Source: an uncultured Ignavibacteriaceae bacterium
GTDB lineage: Bacteria; Bacteroidota; Ignavibacteria; Ignavibacteriales; Ignavibacteriaceae
Direction: 5' to 3'
DNA length: 64,000 nucleotides
Assembly: GCA_964448105.1 (NCBI GenBank)
Contig: CAYUVK010000006.1
Location: 8,443 to 72,442, forward strand
Shown here: positions 34,024-44,828 of the stretch, one piece after another
Position numbering within the stretch: position 1 is the stretch's first letter
Layout: each line of letters opens with the position of its first letter
Translations under genes and position numbers: made by a program
The notes under the pieces: model-generated
Database searches by the model: none
Told to the model about the DNA's origin: nothing
What the model saw: the letters and a program-made list of their open reading frames with translations, nothing else

Positions 34024-35586
34024 TTAGTCTTTATACTCAAATCCATTCTTTTTTAAATTCTCTTTTACTTCTTTAATAGTGAATTCCTTTAGTGTCATTC
34101 CACACAAAGGACATGTTCCCGGTTCATCGGAAATAACATTCCAGTCCATTATATCTTCGTAAAGCTTTCCATCTTTATTTTTATCAATTGCAGAAAGATC
34201 GATTGTGCCTTTTCTTATCCGCGGATCAGTCATTTCAGTGTTATCTTTTTTGTCCATATCTTTCATCGAATTCACATTATCATTTTTCATTTTCGTCGTA
34301 TCTTTTTTAGCGGCGCTACTAAATTGTGACAAAGCAGCTCTCAGATTACTTTCCGAATCGATTAGGAATTGTGCGGATGTTACAATTGTTTCCCCTGCAG
34401 ATATTCCCTTTAGAACCTGGTAATAACCATTGGAATAATCACCAAGAGTTATTTCCATAGGTTTGAATTTACCATTACCCAGATCGAGTATTACAATATT
34501 TTTTTGACCGTTTCTCAGCACAGCCTGTTCGGGAACAGCAGGATAATTTCCAAGACTTTTTCCTTTTATAACTATGTTAGCAAACATCGAAGGCTTCAAT
34601 TCATTATTATAATTAGGAATATCAAACCTGACTTTTACTGTTCTTGTTTTGTTATCAAGAGTCGGATAGATAAAAGAAATTTTACTCTTAAAAGTTTTCC
34701 CCGGTAAAAAATTAAAAGTAATATCAGCACGTGAACCCAATTTTACTTTAGGCAATTCATATTCATAAATATCTGCTGTTAACCATAAATTCGAAAGGTC
34801 TGCAATATGCAGCAAAGAAGCACCAGCCATAACTTTCTGACCCTCTACAACATTCTTCATTATAACTGTTCCACCCTGCTGGGCATAAAGAGTCATATAG
34901 GTTTTTACAACTTTTGTCTCTTTTATCCTTTCAATTTCACTTTCAGGGATTTCAAGTAATTCCAATTTTCTAACAGCGTTCTTTAATAATTCATCCCCGC
35001 TTGCTGCAGCTTCACTAATGGTAGAATTTTTTACAGTAGATTGATAAGAAAGTGCTGTCAATAGTTCTTGTTCTGCGGCTACAAGTTCAGGAGAATAAAT
35101 ATCCATCAATTTTTCACCTTTATTTACTACTTGCCCGGTATAATTAACATAAAGCTTCTGCACCCAGCCGCTTACTCTTGTAGTTACCATATATTCATTC
35201 TGCTCATTAACAGTGAGTATACCATTTGTAACTACCTGGGAACTTAAATCTTTATTTTCAACTACAGCAGTTTTTACATTCATATTTTGCTGAACTGCAC
35301 CGCTGATAGTTACTATACCATTTCCTGAAGCTTCATCTTCATAAACCGGTACCAAATCCATTCCCATTTTTGATTTCCCCGGGTGATCATAAACCTCGCT
35401 TGGATTCATGGGAGCACGCCAGTAGAGAACTTTTCTCTCTTTTTGTGCCGTTTGTGTGGAACTGTTATTCATAGCAGAAGAACTATTATTACCTGAACTT
35501 CTAAGCCATAGATATGAAATCACCGCTATTATTATTACTAGTATTCCGATAATTATGTTTTGTATTTTCACTTTATTATTCTCCAA
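34024..35586 (-). CDS. cusB: RND periplasmic adaptor (CusB-like MFP) with an extra C-terminal CxxC metal-binding module
   Basis: N-terminal TM helix and an HlyD-type core (VSGWVQKLYVNYTGQVVNKGEKLMDIYSPEL). The C-terminal module is IDKNKDGKLYEDIMDWNVISDEPGTCPLCGMTLKEF. Confidence 0.88.
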   Translation of the reverse strand: MENNKVKIQNIIIGILVIIIAVISYLWLRSSGNNSSSAMNNSSTQTAQKERKVLYWRAPMNPSEVYDHPGKSKMGMDLVPVYEDEASGNGIVTISGAVQQNMNVKTAVVENKDLSSQVVTNGILTVNEQNEYMVTTRVSGWVQKLYVNYTGQVVNKGEKLMDIYSPELVAAEQELLTALSYQSTVKNSTISEAAASGDELLKNAVRKLELLEIPESEIERIKETKVVKTYMTLYAQQGGTVIMKNVVEGQKVMAGASLLHIADLSNLWLTADIYEYELPKVKLGSRADITFNFLPGKTFKSKISFIYPTLDNKTRTVKVRFDIPNYNNELKPSMFANIVIKGKSLGNYPAVPEQAVLRNGQKNIVILDLGNGKFKPMEITLGDYSNGYYQVLKGISAGETIVTSAQFLIDSESNLRAALSQFSSAAKKDTTKMKNDNVNSMKDMDKKDNTEMTDPRIRKGTIDLSAIDKNKDGKLYEDIMDWNVISDEPGTCPLCGMTLKEFTIKEVKENLKKNGFEYKD

Positions 35587-35607
35587 TTTAATAGGCTTTA
35601 GACTATA

Positions 35608-36876
35608 TTATTTACTTAAACTTGTTCCTGTTAAGAATTTTAATTCTTCAATCTCTTTTAGATAATCTGTTTTTAACCTGTATAAACTTGTTTCCACCTG
35701 ATACAATTTATTTTGTGCATCAATCACATTTATAAAATCAATTTGACCTACCTGGTAGCTGGATAGAGCCGCTGAATATGTTTGTTGTGCCTGAAGCAGT
35801 TGAGCTTCTTCAACTAATCTAATTCTTTCCTTCAGAGAGTTTAACTTTGAAACCGCTGTCCCAAAATTGCCGTTAAGCATTTGCAAGGAGAGATTATATT
35901 GTTCACGATACATATCCTGCATTGCTTCCGTCTCTTCAACTTTTGAGGAAACTTTTCCGCCGTAATTAAGAGGAAGAGATATACCTACCATAAATGAAGT
36001 AAAATCTGCAAGAGGTGTATTTGTTTTTGCTATTCTATCTCTTTGGGAATATTGAACTAAAACGTTAAAATTCGGAAGGAAATCATACTTTGCCAGCTTT
36101 TCCTGCAGTTCGGCTTTTTCCCTTGCTAATTCAATCCCGGTAAGAAATGGTCTATTTTGCACAGCTAATGAATCAAGCTGTTTCTGAGAAAATTTATAAT
36201 ATTGGATTGCAGGAAGATTGCCTGTAATAATAGGAACATCTTGAGATCTCAACAACTGGGCATTTATCACAGCGGTAACTGAGTTCTCTTTATTTATTAA
36301 TTCTTCTATTTTATCGTTCAAATTGGTTATTTCTAATTCAACTTTGAACAAATTCTGCTGGCTTGCTTTTGCAACCGAATAATTTATCCTGACAACTTTA
36401 GCTATCTCATTGAGCAATTTTAAGTTTTCATTTGCAACGGCAATTGCTTTCCGAACATAAATCAATTCGTAATAATTTTGAGAGACATTTTTTATTATTT
36501 CATTTTTAGCATCATCTACTTCCTGCTTTACAATTTCAGCACCTTTTTCAGTTACATCAGCCATAGAACCCAATTTCCCCGGAAAAGGAATTGCCTGGCT
36601 TAATCCAATAATTTTACCTGTCATCGGTTCTTGAGTAAAAGAAAATGAGTTGGTTGGTAAATTTGCTAAACCTAGAGTAAGCATTGGATCCGGCAGGTTT
36701 GAATTGATATTTATATAGCTTTCTGCGGCCGAATATTTTGATTGCAGCATTTTAAGCTTTGGGCTAACATTTAATGCCTGGCTTATCAAAGAATCAAGAG
36801 TATTTTGCTGAGCAAAAATGGTTAATGGAATAATACTCAATAAAATGAATAGACATATATTTTTTATATTAATCAT
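35608..36876 (-). CDS. cusC: TolC-family outer-membrane efflux protein (CusC-like)
   Basis: Signal peptide, 422 aa, two-repeat coiled-coil-rich OEP architecture, and position upstream of cusB. Confidence 0.85.
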   Translation of the reverse strand: MINIKNICLFILLSIIPLTIFAQQNTLDSLISQALNVSPKLKMLQSKYSAAESYININSNLPDPMLTLGLANLPTNSFSFTQEPMTGKIIGLSQAIPFPGKLGSMADVTEKGAEIVKQEVDDAKNEIIKNVSQNYYELIYVRKAIAVANENLKLLNEIAKVVRINYSVAKASQQNLFKVELEITNLNDKIEELINKENSVTAVINAQLLRSQDVPIITGNLPAIQYYKFSQKQLDSLAVQNRPFLTGIELAREKAELQEKLAKYDFLPNFNVLVQYSQRDRIAKTNTPLADFTSFMVGISLPLNYGGKVSSKVEETEAMQDMYREQYNLSLQMLNGNFGTAVSKLNSLKERIRLVEEAQLLQAQQTYSAALSSYQVGQIDFINVIDAQNKLYQVETSLYRLKTDYLKEIEELKFLTGTSLSK

Positions 36877-36985
36877 AGATATTTTCCTTAACAGATATAT
36901 TTATCTTTTTGAAAGAAATAATGAACAACATGAGAAGATTTTTCAAAGACAGAAAAATCCTATAGAATCGAAGAGATGGTTAAGA

Positions 36986-37402
36986 TCAGATTAAGAGAAT
37001 TGAATTGTCAAGATAGATATGGTTACTAAATTGTGTTGGAGGAGATATATCGTTAAAATATTTAACTGAATTTGTGAATAAATTATTACTTTCTGACAAG
37101 TTAAAATTTATGATTACAATAATGATTTGATTCAGGTTATGTTTATGAACATCTACCTGTAAATATTTATCGGAGATGGACTTATCAACTATTTCCGTTT
37201 TACAGCAATCTTCTTTATTGAATTCAGTTTTTATTGAAACCGGGTGGTTTTCATTTTCACATGCATTATCTTTTGAATGCATTTCACATGATTCTGACCG
37301 GGATTCATCCATCATTGTGCATAGGTTAACAGATAATGGTAATCCAGTTGTAGAAACAAAGAATAGTAAAATTAACGATATAACAGCGATTTTCTTTTTC
37401 AT
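36986..37402 (-). CDS. Small exported Cys-rich protein leading the cus operon (possibly HYC_CC_PP-type)
   Basis: Signal/anchor, then LC...C...C...DCCK...SPP motifs. Family name recalled from memory only. Confidence 0.5.
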   Translation of the reverse strand: MKKKIAVISLILLFFVSTTGLPLSVNLCTMMDESRSESCEMHSKDNACENENHPVSIKTEFNKEDCCKTEIVDKSISDKYLQVDVHKHNLNQIIIVIINFNLSESNNLFTNSVKYFNDISPPTQFSNHIYLDNSILLI

Positions 37403-37434
37403 AATCTCTTAAGAATATCAATATAAGTGCCAAT

Positions 37435-37448
37435 TTGCATATATGCAA
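37435..37448. promoter_or_regulatory. Perfect 14-bp palindrome in the cus operon promoter region (candidate operator)
   Basis: TTGCATATATGCAA is its own reverse complement. It lies 33-46 bp upstream of the start codon at 37402. Confidence 0.3.
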
Positions 37449-37642
37449 TGTATGGTGTCATCAATATAAAATTTTCTTAAAAATGAAAAAAATTATTAAA
37501 TAATTCTCTCGATCAATTATGAATTATTGATAAGAGAACTTATAATTTTGATGATAATTTGAAGAGCTAATATAAGTTCAAAAGAATATTTAATGTTATA
37601 TTTTACTAAAAAAAATTTATAAAATTATAATATATCATATTC

Positions 37643-38284
37643 TTAGTTTTGTTTCCGTGAACTCGCATTTCTAACCAATTCAACTAATTCCTTTGGTGCT
37701 TTGGAAGGTGATCCTGCATCAAAAGGCGGAGCCGGATCATATTCGATTGCAAGCTGAAGAGCTTTTGCAAGAGTTTCATTTTTAATAAGATGAACTAATT
37801 TTAATGACATATCTATTCCTGCCGATACACCTGCAGAAGTAATTACTTTTCCGTCCTGAACATATCTCTCATCCACAACTTCCGCATCATATTTATTAAG
37901 CCTTTCAATATGATTCCAATGAGTTGTTGCTTTTAATCCTTTTAAAATTCCTGCTGCACCCAGAAGCAGTGAACCGGTGCAAACCGATGCTGTATACTTG
38001 GTAGATTTATGCACCTGTTTAATCCATTCTAAAATTGTATTATTTTCAAGCAGATCATCAACCCCTTTTCCACCCGGAATTAAAAGTATATCTGCACGTG
38101 TAAAATCTTTAATGGAATGTTCGGCAAGTAGTTTTAATCCTCCCGTGGAAGTTTTTAGACCGGTTTCATTTGAAACAAAAAATATTTCTACAGCGGGGAT
38201 TCTCGATAATACCTCAAATGGACCAACAGCATCCAAGGCCGTAATATTATCAAATAAAAGAATTACAATTTTGGTTTTATCCAT
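37643..38284 (-). CDS. DJ-1/PfpI family protein
   Basis: Nucleophile elbow ASVCTGSLLLGAAG and GGKG...AGVSAGIDM, 213 aa. Confidence 0.88.
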   Translation of the reverse strand: MDKTKIVILLFDNITALDAVGPFEVLSRIPAVEIFFVSNETGLKTSTGGLKLLAEHSIKDFTRADILLIPGGKGVDDLLENNTILEWIKQVHKSTKYTASVCTGSLLLGAAGILKGLKATTHWNHIERLNKYDAEVVDERYVQDGKVITSAGVSAGIDMSLKLVHLIKNETLAKALQLAIEYDPAPPFDAGSPSKAPKELVELVRNASSRKQN

Positions 38285-38366
38285 TTATATAACCTTGTTT
38301 TAGGAATTTGAAATTTTCAATCTTATTTGTAATTAGAATATGATTAAGATTAATTGAATTATTTAT

Positions 38367-39080
38367 TTATTTTTTATCATTTAATAGCTTAAATTTTTGC
38401 AGCACTTGCACAACATCTTTTTTATGATACCAATCAGTATAAACGAGTTCTAATTCTTTAACCCAAGTTTTTCCAAAATACTTATCTCTATTCATTTTCA
38501 AGAAATTGATAAAATTTTTTTTGTCTCTTAATTCCATTTTAAATCTTACAAGGGTACAATGTACGGTTTTGATTTTATATCTCACATCAACAGAATTATA
38601 TAGATTTCCTTTTTTAAATTTGTTCCGAAGATTATTACGCATAAGTTCTAATGCATTGTTCTTTGGGAAACCCTGGATTAAAATACACGAAGAAGAAGCT
38701 GTTATTCCTTTAAATTCTATTTCAAAAGGCCGGATATTCTTTATGCTATTTCCAATATAATTGATATAATCTTGTACATGGATTTTGGATAAATTAAACT
38801 CTGAGCTGCAATTAATAATGGATAAAGCCGTAACATGAATTTCATCCGGTTTATAAAAATATTGTCCCAGTTCAATAGTTTTAATTTCTTCAATAAACTT
38901 ATTAAAATTATTTAATATGATCTTATCAGGTTTTGCTTGCAGTGTTATACCTCTCCGCGAATCATTGGGATCATCAATAAAACGGTCAAATTCCAGTTCA
39001 TCTTTTTTAAATGCTTCCAACGCATTATCCCACATTTTATTATATATTGATTTTATCAGCAGGTTAAATTTCCTTCGCAA
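38367..39080 (-). CDS. 2H-phosphoesterase-superfamily (LigT-like) protein
   Basis: Two HxT motifs in hydrophobic context (EIHVTALS and TVHCTLVRF), ~100 aa apart. Confidence 0.5.
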   Translation of the reverse strand: MRRKFNLLIKSIYNKMWDNALEAFKKDELEFDRFIDDPNDSRRGITLQAKPDKIILNNFNKFIEEIKTIELGQYFYKPDEIHVTALSIINCSSEFNLSKIHVQDYINYIGNSIKNIRPFEIEFKGITASSSCILIQGFPKNNALELMRNNLRNKFKKGNLYNSVDVRYKIKTVHCTLVRFKMELRDKKNFINFLKMNRDKYFGKTWVKELELVYTDWYHKKDVVQVLQKFKLLNDKK

Positions 39081-39327
39081 TATTCATAACCGCGTACTAT
39101 GTTTAAAATAAATATAAAGGTATTATAAAATAATAGATAATCCCTCAAGAGCAAGAGTAAGTTCAAGTGCAAGGACACAAATACTTACGCAAAAGTTAAA
39201 ATCTAATTATATATAATAAGAACCGTGAGTAATTCGGTAAAGATTTTTTCAATATTTTTTGTTAAATCAAAACTTCTTATTTATAAAATCGATAAATTAC
39301 TGTATCTAAATCCAGGAGGAATTTAAA

Positions 39328-42168
39328 ATGTATACAGCTATCATATTTGCGCTTATCGCAATCACAGCATTCTTTATAATTTCAGGATTTAGAAAAGGAA
39401 AACGGAGCAGAATAATTATAGGTGCTTTAATTGGATTTCTTACTTGGTACCTCTTTTGGTTTATGGATTTTTGGGGAGATGCTCTCTGGTTCTTTTCCCT
39501 GGGATATGGGAACAGGTTCTGGACTGTTATTCTCGCAAAGGCTATTTTTTTCGTTGTTGGAGTACTTTTCGGTGGTTTGTTTCTTTATACTTTAACACTC
39601 AGCTTATCGTCAGCTAAAAAGTATATTAAGATTGTTGCAATATTAGCAGGTGCTTTCGCCGGGGGAGTTTGGGGATTATCCAACTGGGAAGTAATTCTAA
39701 AATTTATAAATAGTGTTCCCTCAAGTATAAGCGATCCTATTTTAAATAAAAACGTTGGCTTCTACCTTTTTATATTACCTTTTCTCAATAATATATACGG
39801 TCTCTTAATTTCTCTTTCAATTATTGGATTAGCTGCTTGCGTCATTACAATTTTCTTCTGGTTTGATGGAAAAAACATTTTGGTTCAACCCCCTGCCGGG
39901 GATGATAAGGCGTTATCACGAATATATAAACCTTTATTTATAAATGCTTCCATTTTTATATTTATTCTTGCCTTTGGAAAGTACCTGAGCAGGTTTAATT
40001 TAATGTATTCATCAACCGGGGTTGTATTTGGTCCCGTCTGGACTGATGTAAATATTCTTTTACCTGCTTACAATATTATAATAATTTTAACTCTGTTAAC
40101 TGGGCTGACATTATTAATTACACCGTTAAGAAATCTTTTAAGAAAAATTTTAGAAAGATTTAAAATATACGGAAGCAGATTTTATTCTTCAGTTTTTTTT
40201 GCTGCCGGCATTTTTATAATTGTTACCTGGTTTTTGGGTTTAACATTAATTCCCGGCATATTCCAATGGATTATTGTTACTCCAAATGAAATAACTTATG
40301 AAAAGCCGTACATCATGAATAATATTAAATATACAAGGTATGGATTTAAGCTAAACGATATAGAATCAAAGCAGTACCCTGTTTCTGGCGGCTTCACACA
40401 GCAAACTGTAAATGATAACAAGCAAATATTTTCAAATGTAAGGCTTTGGGATTGGAGAGCATTGGATGCGGTATTCAAACAATTCCAGGAATTCCGTCTT
40501 TATTATGAATTTAAAGATGTTGATTTAGACCGGTACACTTTTGATAGTACTTACAGACAGGTAATGATTTCTGCAAGAGAAATCCAGCCTAATAGTTTAC
40601 CTCAGCAAAGCCAGACTTTTGTAAACAAACGATTCCAATATACACATGGTTACGGTGTTACTTTAACAACAGTAAGTGATTTCACTGACCAGGGTTTACC
40701 TAATTTGCTGATTAAGGATATTCCCCCTGTTAGTAAATATCCCGCACTCGATGTGACCCAGCCAAGAATTTATTACGGTGAGGTAACGAACAGTTATGTA
40801 GTAGTTAATTCCCAGGAAAAAGAATTTGATTATCCCAGCGGGGAAGATAATATGTACAACAAGTATGATGGGAAAGGCGGAGTTAAACTTTCCAATATCT
40901 GGCTAAAGTTTTTATATGGATGGAAATTCGGCGGTTCGCAATTTTTCTTTTCAAGTTATACTACAGATCAAAGCCGTATACTTTTTTATAGACAAATTGA
41001 AGAACGTGTAAAAAACCTGGCCCCGTTTCTTCATTTTGACCAGGACCCGTATGTAGTTCTTGCAAACGGAAAGCTTTACTGGATTATTGATGCATATACT
41101 ACTTCGGATTATTATCCATACAGCCAGCCGTATTCTTCAGCTGAAACTATTGAGTACAGTCAAGGAGACAATGCTACCGAATTGCATAGCAATACTGTTC
41201 CTTATCTAAACGGAGTAAATTATGTCCGCAATTCCGTTAAAGCAGTTGTTGATGCATATAACGGCTCTGTTGATTTTTATATTGTTGATAAAGAGGACCC
41301 GGTTATAAATGTGTGGAATAATATTTTCCCGAGCATGTTTAAAACTAAAGATGAAATGCCTAAAGATTTGCTCGCTCATATAAGGTATCCTATAGATTTT
41401 CTACTTGTGCAGGGATTAGTTTATGCAAAATACCATATGACCGACCCGACAGTCTTTTATAACCAGGAAGATCTCTGGATTCGAGCAACTGAAAAATATT
41501 ACAGCCAAATTCAGCCGGTACAACCGTATTATATTATGTGGCAGTTTCCTGATTCAAAAAAACCACAGTTTGTTTTGATCTTGCCATTCACTCCAAAAAA
41601 CCGGCAGGTAATGATAGGCTGGATTGCCGGTATGTGCGACGGAGATAATTACGGAAGATTTTTAGCTTATCAATTTCCAAAAGACAAGCTTGTACTTGGT
41701 CCCCAGCAGATTGAAACAAAGATTGACCAGGACAGCTTCTTATCCGGGCAATTAACTCTATGGGATCAGCGGGGTTCAAATGTAATACGGGGGAATGTAC
41801 TTGCTATCCCTGTCGAGAAAACATTGTTTTATGTTGAACCTATTTACCTTCAATCTGAAACTGCAGCATACCCCGAACTTCGATTAGTTGCGGTAATGCA
41901 TGGTGAAGATTTAAGTTATGCGCCCTCATTCGATCAGGCATTGCAGGGATTATTCTCAAAAACTAAACCGCAAATTGCGGCACAAACAACAACAACCTCA
42001 AAAGAAGCTGTTGCAGAAAGTAGGACTGTTAAACAACAGATACAAAATGCAAATGATGCTTTTGAAAATTATTTGAAATATCTCGGTCAAAAGAAGTTTA
42101 ATGACGCTGCCAATGAACTTCAAAAATTACAGCAATCTTTGAAACAATTGGAAGAAGGAAATAAATAA
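39328..42168 (+). CDS. UPF0182-family large integral membrane protein
   Basis: 946 aa with an N-terminal multi-TM region and a large C-terminal domain. RLWDWRALDAVFKQFQEFRLYYEFKDVDLDRY matches my recollection of the UPF0182 signature. Confidence 0.75.
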   Translation: MYTAIIFALIAITAFFIISGFRKGKRSRIIIGALIGFLTWYLFWFMDFWGDALWFFSLGYGNRFWTVILAKAIFFVVGVLFGGLFLYTLTLSLSSAKKYIKIVAILAGAFAGGVWGLSNWEVILKFINSVPSSISDPILNKNVGFYLFILPFLNNIYGLLISLSIIGLAACVITIFFWFDGKNILVQPPAGDDKALSRIYKPLFINASIFIFILAFGKYLSRFNLMYSSTGVVFGPVWTDVNILLPAYNIIIILTLLTGLTLLITPLRNLLRKILERFKIYGSRFYSSVFFAAGIFIIVTWFLGLTLIPGIFQWIIVTPNEITYEKPYIMNNIKYTRYGFKLNDIESKQYPVSGGFTQQTVNDNKQIFSNVRLWDWRALDAVFKQFQEFRLYYEFKDVDLDRYTFDSTYRQVMISAREIQPNSLPQQSQTFVNKRFQYTHGYGVTLTTVSDFTDQGLPNLLIKDIPPVSKYPALDVTQPRIYYGEVTNSYVVVNSQEKEFDYPSGEDNMYNKYDGKGGVKLSNIWLKFLYGWKFGGSQFFFSSYTTDQSRILFYRQIEERVKNLAPFLHFDQDPYVVLANGKLYWIIDAYTTSDYYPYSQPYSSAETIEYSQGDNATELHSNTVPYLNGVNYVRNSVKAVVDAYNGSVDFYIVDKEDPVINVWNNIFPSMFKTKDEMPKDLLAHIRYPIDFLLVQGLVYAKYHMTDPTVFYNQEDLWIRATEKYYSQIQPVQPYYIMWQFPDSKKPQFVLILPFTPKNRQVMIGWIAGMCDGDNYGRFLAYQFPKDKLVLGPQQIETKIDQDSFLSGQLTLWDQRGSNVIRGNVLAIPVEKTLFYVEPIYLQSETAAYPELRLVAVMHGEDLSYAPSFDQALQGLFSKTKPQIAAQTTTTSKEAVAESRTVKQQIQNANDAFENYLKYLGQKKFNDAANELQKLQQSLKQLEEGNK

Positions 42169-42210
42169 AAGAAAATTAATCATTAACAACTATAAAAAGT
42201 CGATATTTAT

Positions 42211-43266
42211 TCAATAAATTAAATTGAATAAATAACCGACAATAATTATACCTGCTGCCACAATTCCGACAAATACTATTATTAACCGGAGCTTTAAAAC
42301 TTTTTTAAGAATGATTACCTCGGGTAATGATAGCCCGATTACACTCATCATAAATGCAAGCACCGTTCCGAGCGCCGCACCTTTTTCTAATAATGCCTGT
42401 ACTATTGGAATTATTCCTGCAGCATTTGAATACATTGGAACTCCAATTATAACTGCAATTGGTACGGACCACCAGGCGCTCTTCCCCATTAAAGCAGCCA
42501 TAAAATTTTCGGGAACATAGCCATGAATTCCTGCTCCGACTGCAATACCGAGAATAATGTATATCCAAACTTTTCCCACTATTTCTTTTACGGCATCTAA
42601 ACCGGCAATAATTCTCTGTGCGAAAGGTTTGGCAGTTTGGGTTTCTTCCTTTTCCAGATGATCGGCCTTAATTTGATAAACCCAACCCTCAACATATTTT
42701 TCTAGTTTTAACCTGCTTATAATATAACCTGAAATCATTGCAATAATTAAACCTGTAGACATATAAATCAGTGCTGTTTCCCAGCCAAATAAACCGAATA
42801 AAAGAACCACAGCTACTTCGTTTATCATCGGTGCAGCAATTAAAAAAGAAAATGTTACACCGAGCGGTACACCGCTTTCGACAAATCCAAGAAATAACGG
42901 GATTGCCGAACAGGAACAAAACGGAGTTACAATACCTAGCATGCTTGCAAGAACATTTCCGGCAAAAAGCTTTTTACCGCCTAGCATTTTTCTAGTTCTT
43001 TCCGGAGAAAAATATGATCTGATTATCCCCACCGCAAAAACAATTAATATAAGAAGCAGCATAACCTTGGGAACTTCAAAAATAAAAAAGTTTATTGCAC
43101 TTGTTAGATGAGAATCTCTTGGAAGATTAACTAAATCGTAAACAATCCAGTCTGTTATGCTTTGAAGGCTTAAATAAAGAAGAAGCCATAAAGGCAGAAG
43201 TAAAAAAAGAATTGTAATTTTTACATTCTCTTTATTAATTAATTTAATTTCAACAAACGAATTCAT
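42211..43266 (-). CDS. YraQ/ArsP_1 (DUF318) family permease, last gene of the ars operon
   Basis: Multi-TM protein with TPFCSCSAIPLFLGF, a Cys-containing motif typical of this permease family. Confidence 0.8.
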   Translation of the reverse strand: MNSFVEIKLINKENVKITILFLLLPLWLLLYLSLQSITDWIVYDLVNLPRDSHLTSAINFFIFEVPKVMLLLILIVFAVGIIRSYFSPERTRKMLGGKKLFAGNVLASMLGIVTPFCSCSAIPLFLGFVESGVPLGVTFSFLIAAPMINEVAVVLLFGLFGWETALIYMSTGLIIAMISGYIISRLKLEKYVEGWVYQIKADHLEKEETQTAKPFAQRIIAGLDAVKEIVGKVWIYIILGIAVGAGIHGYVPENFMAALMGKSAWWSVPIAVIIGVPMYSNAAGIIPIVQALLEKGAALGTVLAFMMSVIGLSLPEVIILKKVLKLRLIIVFVGIVAAGIIIVGYLFNLIY

Positions 43267-43283
43267 TTGAATTCCCCTTATTA

Positions 43284-44381
43284 TTAACAGACATCCGGTG
43301 CTTTTACAGTTCCTTCTTCAACTACTTTAAAATATTTTTTCTGAAACCATAATGATACATTTACCAGGCTGATCAACACAGGCACTTCTACAAGCGGGCC
43401 AATTACTGCAGCAAATGCTTCACCTGATTTTATTCCGAATACCGCTACAGCCACTGCGATTGCAAGCTCAAAATTATTGCTGGCGGCAGTAAAAGAAAGT
43501 GTTGCACTTTGGGAATAATCTGCCCCGATTTTTCTGCCGAGATAAAATGAAACAAAAAACATTATTATAAAATAAAATACCAACGGGATTGCAATCCTAA
43601 CAACATCAAGAGGAATTTTGACTATATATTCTCCTTTAAGCGAAAACATTACAATAATTGTAAAAAGAAGTGCAACCAAAGTAATAGGACTTATTTTCGG
43701 AATAAATTTATGTTGATACCAATCCTTACCCTTTATTTTGATTAAAGAGAATCTCGTAATGATGCCGGCAATGAATGGAATTCCCAAATAAATAAAAACG
43801 CTCTCTGCAATTTGACCGATTGTAATATCAACTTTAAATGTTTTCAAACCCAGGGCAGAAGGAAGAATTGTTAGAAATATATATGCATACACAGAAAAGA
43901 AAAGAACCTGGAAAATTGAATTAAAAGCAACAAGACCTGCAGCATATTCGGTATCACCTTTTGCTAATTCATTCCAGACTATAACCATTGCTATACATCG
44001 TGCGAGACCTATCATTATTAAACCGGCCATGTATTCAGGATAGCCTTGCAGAAAAATTATTGCCAACCCGAACATTAATATTGGTCCAACTATCCAGTTT
44101 TGGAACAGGGAAAGAGATAATATTTTAACATTCTTGAAAACATCGCCTAATTCTTCATACTTTACTTTTGCAAGAGGAGGATACATCATCAATATTAATC
44201 CTATTGCAATAGGAATGTTTGTTGTACCGCTCTGGAATGAATTCCAGAAATTAACTATCCCCGGGAAAAGATATCCGGAAAAAACTCCAACAAACATTGC
44301 CAGGAAAATCCATAAAGTTAAATATCGATCTAAAAAAGATAATTTCTTAGAAACTGATGACATATTATATCTCGTCTTCAT
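43284..44381 (-). CDS. acr3: ACR3-family arsenite efflux transporter
   Basis: [19 protein letters not shown]-terminus and the conserved GLARCIAMV motif. The start may be the ATG at 44363. Confidence 0.92.
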   Translation of the reverse strand: MKTRYNMSSVSKKLSFLDRYLTLWIFLAMFVGVFSGYLFPGIVNFWNSFQSGTTNIPIAIGLILMMYPPLAKVKYEELGDVFKNVKILSLSLFQNWIVGPILMFGLAIIFLQGYPEYMAGLIMIGLARCIAMVIVWNELAKGDTEYAAGLVAFNSIFQVLFFSVYAYIFLTILPSALGLKTFKVDITIGQIAESVFIYLGIPFIAGIITRFSLIKIKGKDWYQHKFIPKISPITLVALLFTIIVMFSLKGEYIVKIPLDVVRIAIPLVFYFIIMFFVSFYLGRKIGADYSQSATLSFTAASNNFELAIAVAVAVFGIKSGEAFAAVIGPLVEVPVLISLVNVSLWFQKKYFKVVEEGTVKAPDVC

Positions 44382-44820
44382 TTATCAATTTGATTTCCAG
44401 TTCATTTATCCATGACATAATTTTTTCTTTTATTTGATCCCGGATAATTCGTGTACCAACTAATTTTTCTTCAAAGCTGCCATCAATTGCGGCAGGGTCA
44501 GGAAAACTCCAATGAAGTCTTTTGCATATTCCCGGGAATATTGGGCAGCGTTCGGCAGCTGTTTCATTACACACTGTAATTACATAGCGATACATCTTTC
44601 CCTGCTTAAAAAAATCGAATACACTCTTCGTTTTATTTTGTGAAATATCTATTCCATCTTCTTCCATAACTTCAACTGCAGCCGGATTCAAGATTCCTGG
44701 TTCGAGCCCTGCACTTTCAACTTCAAATTTATCCCCGCCATATTTTTTTAGATATGCTTCGGCTATTTGACTTCGTGCACTATTTTTTATACAAACGAAA
44801 AGAACTTTCATTTTATTCAT
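44365..44820 (-). CDS. arsC: LMW-PTP-fold arsenate reductase paralogue
   Basis: CX5R(S) P-loop CIKNSARS and a distal Cys pair CNETAAERC. Confidence 0.78.
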   Translation of the reverse strand: MNKMKVLFVCIKNSARSQIAEAYLKKYGGDKFEVESAGLEPGILNPAAVEVMEEDGIDISQNKTKSVFDFFKQGKMYRYVITVCNETAAERCPIFPGICKRLHWSFPDPAAIDGSFEEKLVGTRIIRDQIKEKIMSWINELEIKLINEDEI

Positions 44821-44828
44821 AATGTCTC

